From NCBI GenBank assembly GCA_021399345.1, contig JAAFKI010000003.1, positions 1-34,517 of the forward strand: a stretch of 34,517 bases of DNA, read 5' to 3'. This DNA is from Candidatus Heimdallarchaeota archaeon. GTDB lineage: Archaea; Asgardarchaeota; Heimdallarchaeia; Heimdallarchaeales; Heimdallarchaeaceae. The notes beneath the pieces are model-generated. The model made no database searches, had not been told where the DNA came from, and worked only from the letters and a program-made list of their open reading frames with translations. This document shows, piece after piece, positions 1 to 9,297 of the stretch (positions are counted from its first letter, which is position 1; each line of letters begins with the position of its first letter). The position numbers and the translations under genes are program-made.

Positions 1-2
1 CA

Positions 3-89
3 AGCTTGACAAAGCCCAAGTATAACAATCTGTTAATCTTTCCTGCTCCCTGTAGAAACGAAATTAAAAAACTAGTCAATGAGATATAA
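3..89 (+). CDS. Probable 3' end of a gene entering from the left edge (SLTKPKYNNLLIFPAPCRNEIKKLVNEI*)
   Basis: Frame is open from the window edge to TAA at 87-89 and converges on the ORF ending at 109. No family recognisable. Confidence 0.4.
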   Translation, partial: SLTKPKYNNLLIFPAPCRNEIKKLVNEI

Positions 90-108
90 AAAGAAAAAGG
101 AAAAAGAG

Positions 109-483
109 TTAGTAATTGTAGTCATCATTATTTTTTCTGTCACAGGTATTTTCGAATTTCTCTTCAACTTGAGGTGGTTGAGGTAAGAATTTTGGTAAAT
201 TATTCTTATCAGTAAAGTCGTTTGAATCGTTGGTTATTTCTCTTATCGAGTAGTTAGCATATGTTCTTTGTTGTGGTATAATCGGAATTGCTAGAAAACA
301 ATAATGACTCCTAAGAAAATAAGATTCTTTTTCGAACTCATGATTTACAAATAGTGCAATTTTACAAAAAAATGTTCGTACTAGGGCTATCAAAATAAAA
401 AAGTTAGGAGAGGTTATCTCCTTTTCTTTATAGCTACTACAATAACACCTATTCCGAAGAATGCAACAAGACCAGTAACCCAT
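109..483 (-). CDS. Possible small hypothetical protein; true start probably well downstream of 483
   Basis: The 5' part overlaps the upstream gene and an A/T tract. The 3' ~60 codons look protein-like, and the stop is followed by the pyrimidine tract CTCTTTTTCCTTTTTCTTTTT (88-108, minus strand). Confidence 0.3.
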   Translation of the reverse strand: MGYWSCCILRNRCYCSSYKEKEITSPNFFILIALVRTFFCKIALFVNHEFEKESYFLRSHYCFLAIPIIPQQRTYANYSIREITNDSNDFTDKNNLPKFLPQPPQVEEKFENTCDRKNNDDYNY

Positions 484-1277
484 TCAAAAGCCATATTATT
501 AGGACTTGTGATGTTTTGCAAGAGGAAGTTGTATTTTATTGTGAAACCCATTGCACTTACTTTCATGTAAATTTTGATTTCTTCAAGTACTCCATCTAAG
601 GCATCATAGATAATGTCTAGAGAGATTTCTCCTGAAACAGTAATTCCTCCTTCCGAAAGCTTCATATCTACACCAGAATTAACTGTCAATTTCTTCTCTG
701 TTAGTTCTACAGTGTAGTATAGCTCAACACCTGGTTCAGGTTCTTCTGAAATTTCATTTGCTTTCAGTTCGGTATAGAAGAGCTCAAAGAAACTAGAATT
801 TGTTGATCCATATACATAGGTTAATGGTAAAATGAATGGAAATAATCCACTTGCAAATGATCCATATAGCATACCTGTAGTATAATCAAAGAATTCAATA
901 TCTGTTGAGTTTTCAGTTATTAGAACATTATCGAGATAAAAATCTGCCCAATTTCCAGAATGTGAGAAAAGGTCTTCAGGGTTAGTTAACGGAAGATCAT
1001 TGAGATCTTGTTTAAGTACCATCTTAAATACTGAACCTACTCCCCATTCAACTCCAGCAACAATGTCATAATCTACATCTTCAACGCCTTCAAAGTTGAA
1101 TGCATTCTTTTTCAACTCCCATTCTAATACAGCTCCTGTAATTAATTCTTCATGGAAATAAAAACCATCAGGAACGGTTACAGCAGAGGTTTGCATAGCT
1201 ATTGGTGCTATGATTAAAAACAAAACTGTGATAATACCAATTTTTTTCAATTTATTTTTCACCCACTTAGTCTTCAA
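414..1277 (-). CDS. Secreted, C-terminally membrane-anchored surface protein (CTERM-type architecture)
   Basis: Basic N-terminus plus hydrophobic signal (KKIGIITVLFLIIAPIAMQTSA), acidic beta-rich body, sequons NST/NSS/NIT, C-terminal AFEW-TM-KKRR tail. Confidence 0.8.
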   Translation of the reverse strand: MKTKWVKNKLKKIGIITVLFLIIAPIAMQTSAVTVPDGFYFHEELITGAVLEWELKKNAFNFEGVEDVDYDIVAGVEWGVGSVFKMVLKQDLNDLPLTNPEDLFSHSGNWADFYLDNVLITENSTDIEFFDYTTGMLYGSFASGLFPFILPLTYVYGSTNSSFFELFYTELKANEISEEPEPGVELYYTVELTEKKLTVNSGVDMKLSEGGITVSGEISLDIIYDALDGVLEEIKIYMKVSAMGFTIKYNFLLQNITSPNNMAFEWVTGLVAFFGIGVIVVAIKKRR

Positions 1278-1353
1278 AGTGAAGACAAGTCTAAAATTTC
1301 ATATGTATTTTATTCTATAAAAAGGTTTAGAATCTATTTGGGAAGAAGAAAAA

Positions 1354-3108
1354 TCACTTCTTCTTGGTTTTTCGTTTTCCTTTGTTTTTCTTGATTTGAA
1401 GGTATTCTGTAACAATTTCCTTCAGATCTTTCTTAGTGACTCTACTGTCATCTAGAACAGTACCATCTAGCAGACGAATGTGTCGAAAACCAGGTCGAAG
1501 AAGTGTAAGGTCATGTGAGCAAGTGACAATTGTCGCTTGATTGATTCTAACTATATCCATTAATAAATCCATTATAGAACGTGCAAGGTCTGTATCCAGA
1601 TTTGCTGTTGGTTCATCAGCAAGAATCACACTTGTCCTTCTTGTTAAAGCAGTTGCTAGAGCAGCTCTCTGTTTTTCCCCTTCTGATAGTTCTCCAGGAT
1701 AAGATTCAAGTTTATGATCAATAAAGCACTCCTTTGCTATGGATAGACTATAATCATTATCACTTTTACTTCTAGAGAATATATTAGGAAGTATAAAATT
1801 ATCCTTAATCGGCAAAGGACCGAACAGATTATTATGTTGAGTAATATATGCTATATTGTTCAATCTAAAAAGTGATACTTGCTTTTCACCTGAATCACTT
1901 ATAGAGAAATTTTGCACTTTAATGGATCCTTTGTTTGGCTTGATCAATCCAGCAATGAGATTTAGAAGGGTGGTTTTGCCAACTCCTGAAGGACCAGAAA
2001 TAAAAACAAAATCTCCTTTATCAATGTTTAAATCAAGATCTGAAATCACTTCTGTATAACCAGCTCTAGATTGATAACCTTTTGTCATTTTCTTAATTTT
2101 CACAATAGGTTTAGCTTTCTCAGGTGGGATGAATTCTCTACCTAGAAGCTTTTCAACCTCTTCAAAGGAGACCTGTTCAATTTTCTCATCAAAATCATCT
2201 AAAGGACTAGATACAATCTCGTAGACTTCTTCCCTAGTAACTTTTTCAGGATTCCAAAGAAGCCCTATTTTTCGTGATGGATGGGTGTCAAATTCTACAA
2301 GTTCCCCTAATCCTGTAACAGTTTTGATTTCATCAGGAATTCTAACATAATTAGATTGGTCCAAATAGGCTCGGTTCAACTCTGTAGCATGTAAAAGAAA
2401 TTCCAATTCATCTTTACCAATATCCTTACCAATACCTGCAAGTTTGCCATCTCGTATAACAAAACTTTTCTCGAAAACATTTCTGTACCTAATATCATGT
2501 GTAACAACTAGAATCGTTTTACCCATTTCCAGATTGACTTGTTTGATAGTATCTATCATATCTTGCGTGTTCATCGAATCTAATTGACCAGTAGGTTCAT
2601 CTGCGAGTAAAATGGTGGGATTCTTGGACAAGGCTACACCCATTGCCAATCTCATTGCCTCTCCACCTGATAATTTATCAACTGTATTCTGCTCGACGTG
2701 TTTAAGATTTAGAATTTTTAGTAGTTCATCAACCTCTTTATTAGATTGTTCTTTTGGCAGGAAAAATAGTTTTTTTGGGATCAAGAGATTCTGTCTAACA
2801 TTTAGATGTGTGAACAGATTCTCACTAGTGAATTGATTTATAATTCCTAGATGATTAAATCTAAATTCTCTTCTTTCAAACTCATCTAGTTTCCCAAAAT
2901 CCTTTCCTTTGATTATTACATCTCCACTAGTAGGTTGTTCTATACCAGAAAGAATTCTTACTAGAGTGGTCTTGCCGCTTCCTGAAGGACCGATAATTGA
3001 GACAAGCTCACCTTCCTTCACTTTCAAATCCATTCCTCTTAACGCTGCAACTTTAAGTTCTGTATCAGAATCATAATAGACTTTTATCACATCATTACAT
3101 GTTATCAT
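1354..3108 (-). CDS. Tandem (two-NBD) LolD/MacB-type ABC ATPase with an AbrB-like linker
   Basis: NBD1: GPSGSGKTT, LSGGE, LADEPT, VTHD. NBD2: GPSGVGKTT, LSEGE, LADEPT, CSHD. Start moved to ATG 3108 (MITCND), preceded by SD-like GGAGTGA overlapping the upstream stop. Confidence 0.92.
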   Translation of the reverse strand: MITCNDVIKVYYDSDTELKVAALRGMDLKVKEGELVSIIGPSGSGKTTLVRILSGIEQPTSGDVIIKGKDFGKLDEFERREFRFNHLGIINQFTSENLFTHLNVRQNLLIPKKLFFLPKEQSNKEVDELLKILNLKHVEQNTVDKLSGGEAMRLAMGVALSKNPTILLADEPTGQLDSMNTQDMIDTIKQVNLEMGKTILVVTHDIRYRNVFEKSFVIRDGKLAGIGKDIGKDELEFLLHATELNRAYLDQSNYVRIPDEIKTVTGLGELVEFDTHPSRKIGLLWNPEKVTREEVYEIVSSPLDDFDEKIEQVSFEEVEKLLGREFIPPEKAKPIVKIKKMTKGYQSRAGYTEVISDLDLNIDKGDFVFISGPSGVGKTTLLNLIAGLIKPNKGSIKVQNFSISDSGEKQVSLFRLNNIAYITQHNNLFGPLPIKDNFILPNIFSRSKSDNDYSLSIAKECFIDHKLESYPGELSEGEKQRAALATALTRRTSVILADEPTANLDTDLARSIMDLLMDIVRINQATIVTCSHDLTLLRPGFRHIRLLDGTVLDDSRVTKKDLKEIVTEYLQIKKNKGKRKTKKK

Positions 3109-3115
3109 TCTTTCA

Positions 3116-6100
3116 TCACTCCAAATTTTTAGGTCTATATTTAGCAAAATTCCTCTTCATTGATACTATGAATATTGAATAGAATAGCAGTGGAATTCCC
3201 AAGAAAATAACCAAACCTACATGATATGGTATTATAGTTTTAAATGGTAATCCACCAGAATATGGCGGACTTATGAATATCAAACTAAATAGACGAAGTA
3301 ATCCATATCCTCCAGCAGCTCCTATTGCCAATCCTGGTAGTATACAAGCTATAAACAGTTCCATTGCTGATAAAAAGATAATCCTATTCGTTGGCAAACC
3401 TATTTTCTTCATTATATCATGTTTGACAACTCTTCGTTGAAGTATCTTCAAAGGATTACTTAGTGAAGTAAATACTACAGCTGCTATACAAATTATAATT
3501 CCAAATACAAATTCAGCTACTAACACTGAATAAAAAGGAATTATATTGAATAGTCTTACATCAGCCATTTCATTTGTTGTTTGAACTTCAAGTCCCAAAT
3601 CTGTCTTTAGTTTAGTTGCAAATTCCTCTTGATTCACTCCATCTTTAATATTAATCAACAATCTCTCAAATGTTCTTTCGTTTATTTCTATCAAATCCGC
3701 AATCAATAGAAAACTCTCCAAAGTCATTACCAAAGAGTATATTTCTGAGGGGAAATATGGATCATTTTGTTCATCAGAACCTTCATCATAAACTATCGGG
3801 AAGTAATTGAAATTCGATACGATGTTAAATTGAATTAAAGTATCATTCACTGGACCTTCCCTCACAAAATAGTAGATGTCCTCTTCATCTGCTAGATATT
3901 TATGAAATGGCTCTGATACTAACATACTTTTTGAATTATTTAGTTGTACAATTGTAGAATCCCAATCTTCAAACAGGTTCTTCTTAGGCTTATAAGCCGT
4001 GGAAAGATAGTCTTCCGTATCATTTAATAAAAAGAATTCAAAATTATTCCAATGGTAACTTCCTTTTATCTGAGATACATTTGTTATTGATACGATTTCC
4101 GAATATCCTAGAAGTTCAGTAGCTACAGAAGCATTATAGTCATCCCAGTTAGTTATATAGATGTCACTTCCTCCGTAGAAATATGCTTCTGCCATGGTTT
4201 TATCTTGAATCAACATCGGTGAAACTGCAAACGGTATAACTAAACTCACCAATATTATATACGTTAGAAAAGTGTTGTTGAATAGTTTGATATCTGATCT
4301 AATCTCAACCAGTGAAAGTGAGAAAAGATTCTTCCTTATAGCCCAAGCAGTTTTACTTATAGCAATCATGAGAATCTTATGTATTTCTCTGATAAGTAAT
4401 CCCGTTCCAAGCAAAGCAATCATAACTCCGATCCCCATAAGATAGATGAAAATTACTAACAAAGCTGAACCTGATGAGATAATATCAAAGGCATATATGC
4501 TAAGTAACCAATAAGATAAGACAGTTAGTCCTACTCCAAATCCTATGGTTAGAATATAGTGGAATTTGATATTTTTCATTAACTGAATAAATTGCTTTGG
4601 AGGTTTCTCTACTTTCTTCTTTGTTTTAGAAATGATGATAATTCTTGGAACAGAAATAATTACCAAGAGCAGGAAAGTTGCACTCATTGCTGCGGGTAAA
4701 CTTACTAGACTAAGAGAGTAGAAAGGAGATTCAAATGTAATGAATTTGTTAATCTTGAGTAATGCTGGGAGTAATAACATGTTTACTCCAAAACCTAGGA
4801 ATGTAGCTACTAACGATTCAAAGAATTTCATGGAGGAATAAATGAATGTAATCATACCCGTTGAGACTCCCTTTGAACTTAGAATTCTGATTTCTTGCTC
4901 GAAACTTGTACTAAATATTTCGTTTACCTCAAATGTCAAGAACAATGCTAGATAAAGAATAGGGATAGATAGGAATATTATCAAGAACTGTGTGGTTTGC
5001 ATTTCAAATCCTATTTCTCCAAATAGGTAAACTAGTTCTCCTAGTACTTCCCAGCTTCCATCTTGATCAAAAACAAACTTAAAAGGACCTTCATCTCTAA
5101 TTTGGTTTATTTCTTCAATAAGCGCTTCTAAATCTTTAGGATTCAATGAACTAAAATCGTATCGGAATTGTACTCTTCCCATTAAATCAAAACTATACGT
5201 CGATACATTTTCGAAATTTTCTAAATAATAGGGTGTAAATGTAACTAGAGTTGGAAGATAACTATAAGATATACTTGATATAGGATCTGATGGAAGGTTA
5301 TAAGCATCACAGATAGTCTCAAGTAGTGAATGTGGTGGTTCAAAATATACTCCTACAACCGTAAGATTCATTTTAGAGAAGTCTACAAAACCAGCATTTG
5401 ATGTAGAATTTACAGCTAAAACGTCATCAACTTTAATGTTATAGTAATCTGACGCATAAGATGAAATCAGCACTTCATTTGTCTGACTAGGTAATCTACC
5501 TTCGACAATTAGTTGATTAATAACAGAACTATAATTCTCCTGAGCTCCAAGATAAGTAATTGGCATATAATCGTCATATCCACTCGAGAAATTGTATGAA
5601 ATTAGATATGATTCATAAGCATAATTGTAACCTGATATAATACTTGTAAACAAAGACGTTGATGTCGTTATGCGATTCATGATCACACTCATAGCCATTT
5701 CTGTATAATTTTCGTTGATATAATTCTGTGCAGCATCAGATGTTTCTACAAGATTGAAATTATACCTAAGCGAGAGATTATTATCATGGTTAACATTGGC
5801 TGATTCTACATATTGCATTATCAGAGTATTTCTTTTCGAATCAAACAAAGTAGCACTTGTAACAATTATTGAAGCTAGTATTGTTAAACCTAAGAGACTT
5901 ATTAGTAATCTTTTCTTATTTGCCTTCCATAGTGTAAAAATCAGATTTGAAGAATTTTTAGTAAATAACCACAAATTGATGAAAACCAGTTTCCATTTTT
6001 CCATATTCGGTACTATAGGTCTAGTTAAGAAAATGACCATTTTTCTAACTGAACGATTTATTCTCTTCCGAAAGATTGCATAGACTATTCCTATGAAAGC

Positions 6101-7435
6101 TATCGGGACAATAATTGCTGACCAATATTTTATCCAAAAATAAGCGAAAGATGAGTATCCTTTTAATGCAAATAATAGAGGTGTCGCTGGAACATAAACA
6201 TCTAAATCAGTATAAATTTTTAGTGAATAAATGTATTTATCGATGAATTTGTATTCTTCAATTTCCTTTGATTCTATTTTGGAAAAATAATGACCAGCAT
6301 ACGAACCATTAGCCATTATAAAACAACTAAAAGAAACATATGGATAATCTGTGCTATATTCATCAATTACTATTTTGTCCTGTTGTAGAGTTTGGTTATC
6401 ATCCATTATTACTGTAAAAGTTTTGGCAGTGTTATCATAATTTCTGCTTCTAGGGCTCACAGGATATTCAAGATAGAAGAAATCAGATTCTATATAGGAT
6501 ATGTATGTGTAATTTTCATAGGAGAAGATTTCGAAAGTCCCCCAGAAATAATCATCAAGATTAATATGCCTAAAAGAGTTATCATCAATTGTTTCATTGA
6601 TACCAAATTTAGTTGCAGAAATAGTATTTTCAGTCATCATAACTAAATAGAACTTCTTATCCGTACTTACAGTAATCTGAGCACTAAACCATCCAAAATC
6701 AAGCTCATAGACTGTAGAATTATAATGACCAGATTCCGTTATTCCAACTAAATATAGAGTTATGGAATCAGCTGTTTCATTAAAATTATAACTTTGGTAA
6801 AATGCAAATACTTGATTATCAACTAGTAAAATTTCACTAAGATCATATAGTGGATATGGAAGATCATGAATTTTGATGATTTCAGTTCCATTAAAGAAAT
6901 GCCTTATGTGATTAATTCTTGTATCACCATAACTTACATAACTAGGAAGCAAAATATGATAACTTTCCTCGTCTTGAAAAACTCCCATGTTATAATATTC
7001 ATCATGAGACGTGTATAAGGTGGTTATTGATGAAGTACCATTGTTCCAGCTATACACCTTTATCACTGTTCCATAGATTTGACCTCTATAGGCATAGAAT
7101 AATGAAACAGAACCATTGAGTTCTTTTACTTCAAAAAGATCAAAGGGATAATAATCTCTTTCTAGCTCATTAATTTTATTCTCAAAGACATGAAAAATTG
7201 CAAAGGATCCATTATAGAAGATCATTTGCATAAAGAAGTGAGATTGATTGAAACTATCAACAACTGTTTCAGTTAGAATGTAACTAACATCTTTAGTATT
7301 TTTAGTAAGCAAGAAATTGTCATTAATAGTTGGAGTTGCGAGAGCGTTAGTATGATGTACAGCTACTGTAGAAAACACCATTATCAATATAATAGAAAAT
7401 ACAATTCCCTTTGAGAAACTTCCCTTCATAACCAT
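3116..7435 (-). CDS. Giant FtsX/MacB-like ABC permease (two FtsX repeats) with an additional N-terminal extracellular domain
   Basis: Signal peptide; MacB-type loop motif EGRLPSQTNEVLIS...LTVVGVY; FtsX motifs EIRILSSKGVS and DIMKKIGLP; multiple TM blocks; AGGTGA SD before the ATG; coupled to the LolD-type ATPase. Confidence 0.88.
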   Translation of the reverse strand: MVMKGSFSKGIVFSIILIMVFSTVAVHHTNALATPTINDNFLLTKNTKDVSYILTETVVDSFNQSHFFMQMIFYNGSFAIFHVFENKINELERDYYPFDLFEVKELNGSVSLFYAYRGQIYGTVIKVYSWNNGTSSITTLYTSHDEYYNMGVFQDEESYHILLPSYVSYGDTRINHIRHFFNGTEIIKIHDLPYPLYDLSEILLVDNQVFAFYQSYNFNETADSITLYLVGITESGHYNSTVYELDFGWFSAQITVSTDKKFYLVMMTENTISATKFGINETIDDNSFRHINLDDYFWGTFEIFSYENYTYISYIESDFFYLEYPVSPRSRNYDNTAKTFTVIMDDNQTLQQDKIVIDEYSTDYPYVSFSCFIMANGSYAGHYFSKIESKEIEEYKFIDKYIYSLKIYTDLDVYVPATPLLFALKGYSSFAYFWIKYWSAIIVPIAFIGIVYAIFRKRINRSVRKMVIFLTRPIVPNMEKWKLVFINLWLFTKNSSNLIFTLWKANKKRLLISLLGLTILASIIVTSATLFDSKRNTLIMQYVESANVNHDNNLSLRYNFNLVETSDAAQNYINENYTEMAMSVIMNRITTSTSLFTSIISGYNYAYESYLISYNFSSGYDDYMPITYLGAQENYSSVINQLIVEGRLPSQTNEVLISSYASDYYNIKVDDVLAVNSTSNAGFVDFSKMNLTVVGVYFEPPHSLLETICDAYNLPSDPISSISYSYLPTLVTFTPYYLENFENVSTYSFDLMGRVQFRYDFSSLNPKDLEALIEEINQIRDEGPFKFVFDQDGSWEVLGELVYLFGEIGFEMQTTQFLIIFLSIPILYLALFLTFEVNEIFSTSFEQEIRILSSKGVSTGMITFIYSSMKFFESLVATFLGFGVNMLLLPALLKINKFITFESPFYSLSLVSLPAAMSATFLLLVIISVPRIIIISKTKKKVEKPPKQFIQLMKNIKFHYILTIGFGVGLTVLSYWLLSIYAFDIISSGSALLVIFIYLMGIGVMIALLGTGLLIREIHKILMIAISKTAWAIRKNLFSLSLVEIRSDIKLFNNTFLTYIILVSLVIPFAVSPMLIQDKTMAEAYFYGGSDIYITNWDDYNASVATELLGYSEIVSITNVSQIKGSYHWNNFEFFLLNDTEDYLSTAYKPKKNLFEDWDSTIVQLNNSKSMLVSEPFHKYLADEEDIYYFVREGPVNDTLIQFNIVSNFNYFPIVYDEGSDEQNDPYFPSEIYSLVMTLESFLLIADLIEINERTFERLLINIKDGVNQEEFATKLKTDLGLEVQTTNEMADVRLFNIIPFYSVLVAEFVFGIIICIAAVVFTSLSNPLKILQRRVVKHDIMKKIGLPTNRIIFLSAMELFIACILPGLAIGAAGGYGLLRLFSLIFISPPYSGGLPFKTIIPYHVGLVIFLGIPLLFYSIFIVSMKRNFAKYRPKNLE

Positions 7436-7542
7436 TATTCACCTTCTGATGATATAAATTTAATCTACATTAAACATAGTCTTTAAAAAAACTGTTTGTG
7501 TATATTTGAACACATTTTGCGCAAATCTTTCTTAGACAAAAT

Positions 7543-8151
7543 TCATCCAAATACATGATTTATAGAGAATTTGTCAAAGAAGAAAACCCCATAATATGTA
7601 GCTAGAGCGAAAATAACTCCTAGAATTAAAGCTACTCCATAAACTATGTAATCATTTATATCAATTGGCTGTTTAATTTTTCTAACAGTAAAGTATGTTG
7701 TTGTTCCCAAAATACCAGCAATAATGAAATAGACAATAGTTAATGCTAGAAAAATCGAAGATCCTTGAGCTTTTTCTAGTGATATATATGGAATTATTTT
7801 TACTGAATTAATTATGAGTGAAATAATTACTCCTAATTGAATAGCAGTTAAAACAAAATAGTCACCATTTGTTTTCTTCTTTAAAGAGTAAAGCCATAAT
7901 AGATTGAATCCATATGAAAGGAGTATAACAAAAAATCCTGCAGATATCAGGAAAACTACTGTTTGAATTGCAGAATGCCAAACTGTATAAAAGTCTATAA
8001 AGAACGCTCCTACGAATGTTGCAGGACCAAGAATCAAGCTAGCAACAACTAAATAAGGATTGGTATACCAAGACTTATTCAATTTCCGAATTTCGTTACT
8101 AACTACATCCTCTTCCTCAAGTTGATTATCTTGACTTGATTCTTTACTCAT
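7543..8151 (-). CDS. Integral membrane protein (about 5 TM), function unknown
   Basis: Acidic N-terminal tail followed by about five hydrophobic segments. Confidence 0.75.
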   Translation of the reverse strand: MSKESSQDNQLEEEDVVSNEIRKLNKSWYTNPYLVVASLILGPATFVGAFFIDFYTVWHSAIQTVVFLISAGFFVILLSYGFNLLWLYSLKKKTNGDYFVLTAIQLGVIISLIINSVKIIPYISLEKAQGSSIFLALTIVYFIIAGILGTTTYFTVRKIKQPIDINDYIVYGVALILGVIFALATYYGVFFFDKFSINHVFG

Positions 8152-8255
8152 TAGTCAATTAGGAAATTGAATCGATAATAAATCTATCGAAGAAACCAGA
8201 AATATTGAGAATCTTTGAGAGAAACAATTAAAACAATTATTCTACAGTTTGAGCT

Positions 8256-9296
8256 ATGGAAATTGATAACTCAGTTTATGGGGTCTTAAATTATCAACAA
8301 CTAGAAAATTTTTGTAAAAAGATGTCTGTAAACGCTGAGAATCTCAAAGCAAATTTTGATGGTTGGAGAAAACTAGTTCTTTATACTGAGGATTTAATAT
8401 TCTTATTTCCTAGAAATCCTGATGGAATTGAATGGTTGGATACTGAAATCTCTGCTTATGAATTTCTTAATAAATACAATATTCAAGCAATTCCAAGGTT
8501 CATAGAAAGAGTTAGAAAACCTGAAATATCATTTTATGAGTTCGTAGCAGTTTCAAGGTTGAAGGGAGAAGCTTACTCAAAATATGAAAAAGAAACAACC
8601 TATGAAGAAATCACTAAATTATTAGAAGATTTAGCTAGACTTTTTACTTTATGGCATAACATACCACTTGAAGAGATTCCTAGTAATATAAAGACTAGAA
8701 AAATCCATGATGAAACAATATATCATTGGGAATTGAAATTCTTAGACCCTAAAACTACAGATGAAGCATTCAATTTTGTTCTAGAAAATATTAAGCAGCA
8801 GATAAATAAAAACAAACAAGCTTTTTTAGAAATTCTGATTTCTAAAGAAACTGAACAAATATGGAGAGAATGTTTGAAAGAATTAGTATCGTTAGATTCA
8901 GTTTTGTTACATAGTGACATACATGAAGATCAAATATTGATAGATTCAAAAGATAGCATGAATATAAGCGGAATTATAGATTGGGAAACTGTGAGAATAG
9001 GGAATCCTGTTTGGGAATTTAATTTCTTTGAGTGGGGTTTTGGAATCTGGAAATGGTGGAAGCATTTTTCAGAAATAAGAAGTAATATGTGGGAAATGTA
9101 TCTCTCTGAAAGAAGAATTCAGTTGAAATACTTGGAAGGTTTAGATTTATTTTATACCCTCTCAGAATTCTTAATTGTTTTAGATTCAAAGAAATCTCTT
9201 GCAACACTAATTGAAAATGAACAAGAGAAGTCCATTCAGAGATGTCTAGAAAAATTAGTGTCAATTACTGAAAAATTAAGAAAAGAAAAGAAGTAA
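8256..9296 (+). CDS. Aminoglycoside phosphotransferase / choline kinase (APH) family small-molecule kinase
   Basis: Brenner-type motif LLHSDIHEDQILID, GIIDWE metal-binding motif, followed by IGNPVWEF. Confidence 0.85.
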   Translation: MEIDNSVYGVLNYQQLENFCKKMSVNAENLKANFDGWRKLVLYTEDLIFLFPRNPDGIEWLDTEISAYEFLNKYNIQAIPRFIERVRKPEISFYEFVAVSRLKGEAYSKYEKETTYEEITKLLEDLARLFTLWHNIPLEEIPSNIKTRKIHDETIYHWELKFLDPKTTDEAFNFVLENIKQQINKNKQAFLEILISKETEQIWRECLKELVSLDSVLLHSDIHEDQILIDSKDSMNISGIIDWETVRIGNPVWEFNFFEWGFGIWKWWKHFSEIRSNMWEMYLSERRIQLKYLEGLDLFYTLSEFLIVLDSKKSLATLIENEQEKSIQRCLEKLVSITEKLRKEKK

Positions 9297-9297
9297 A

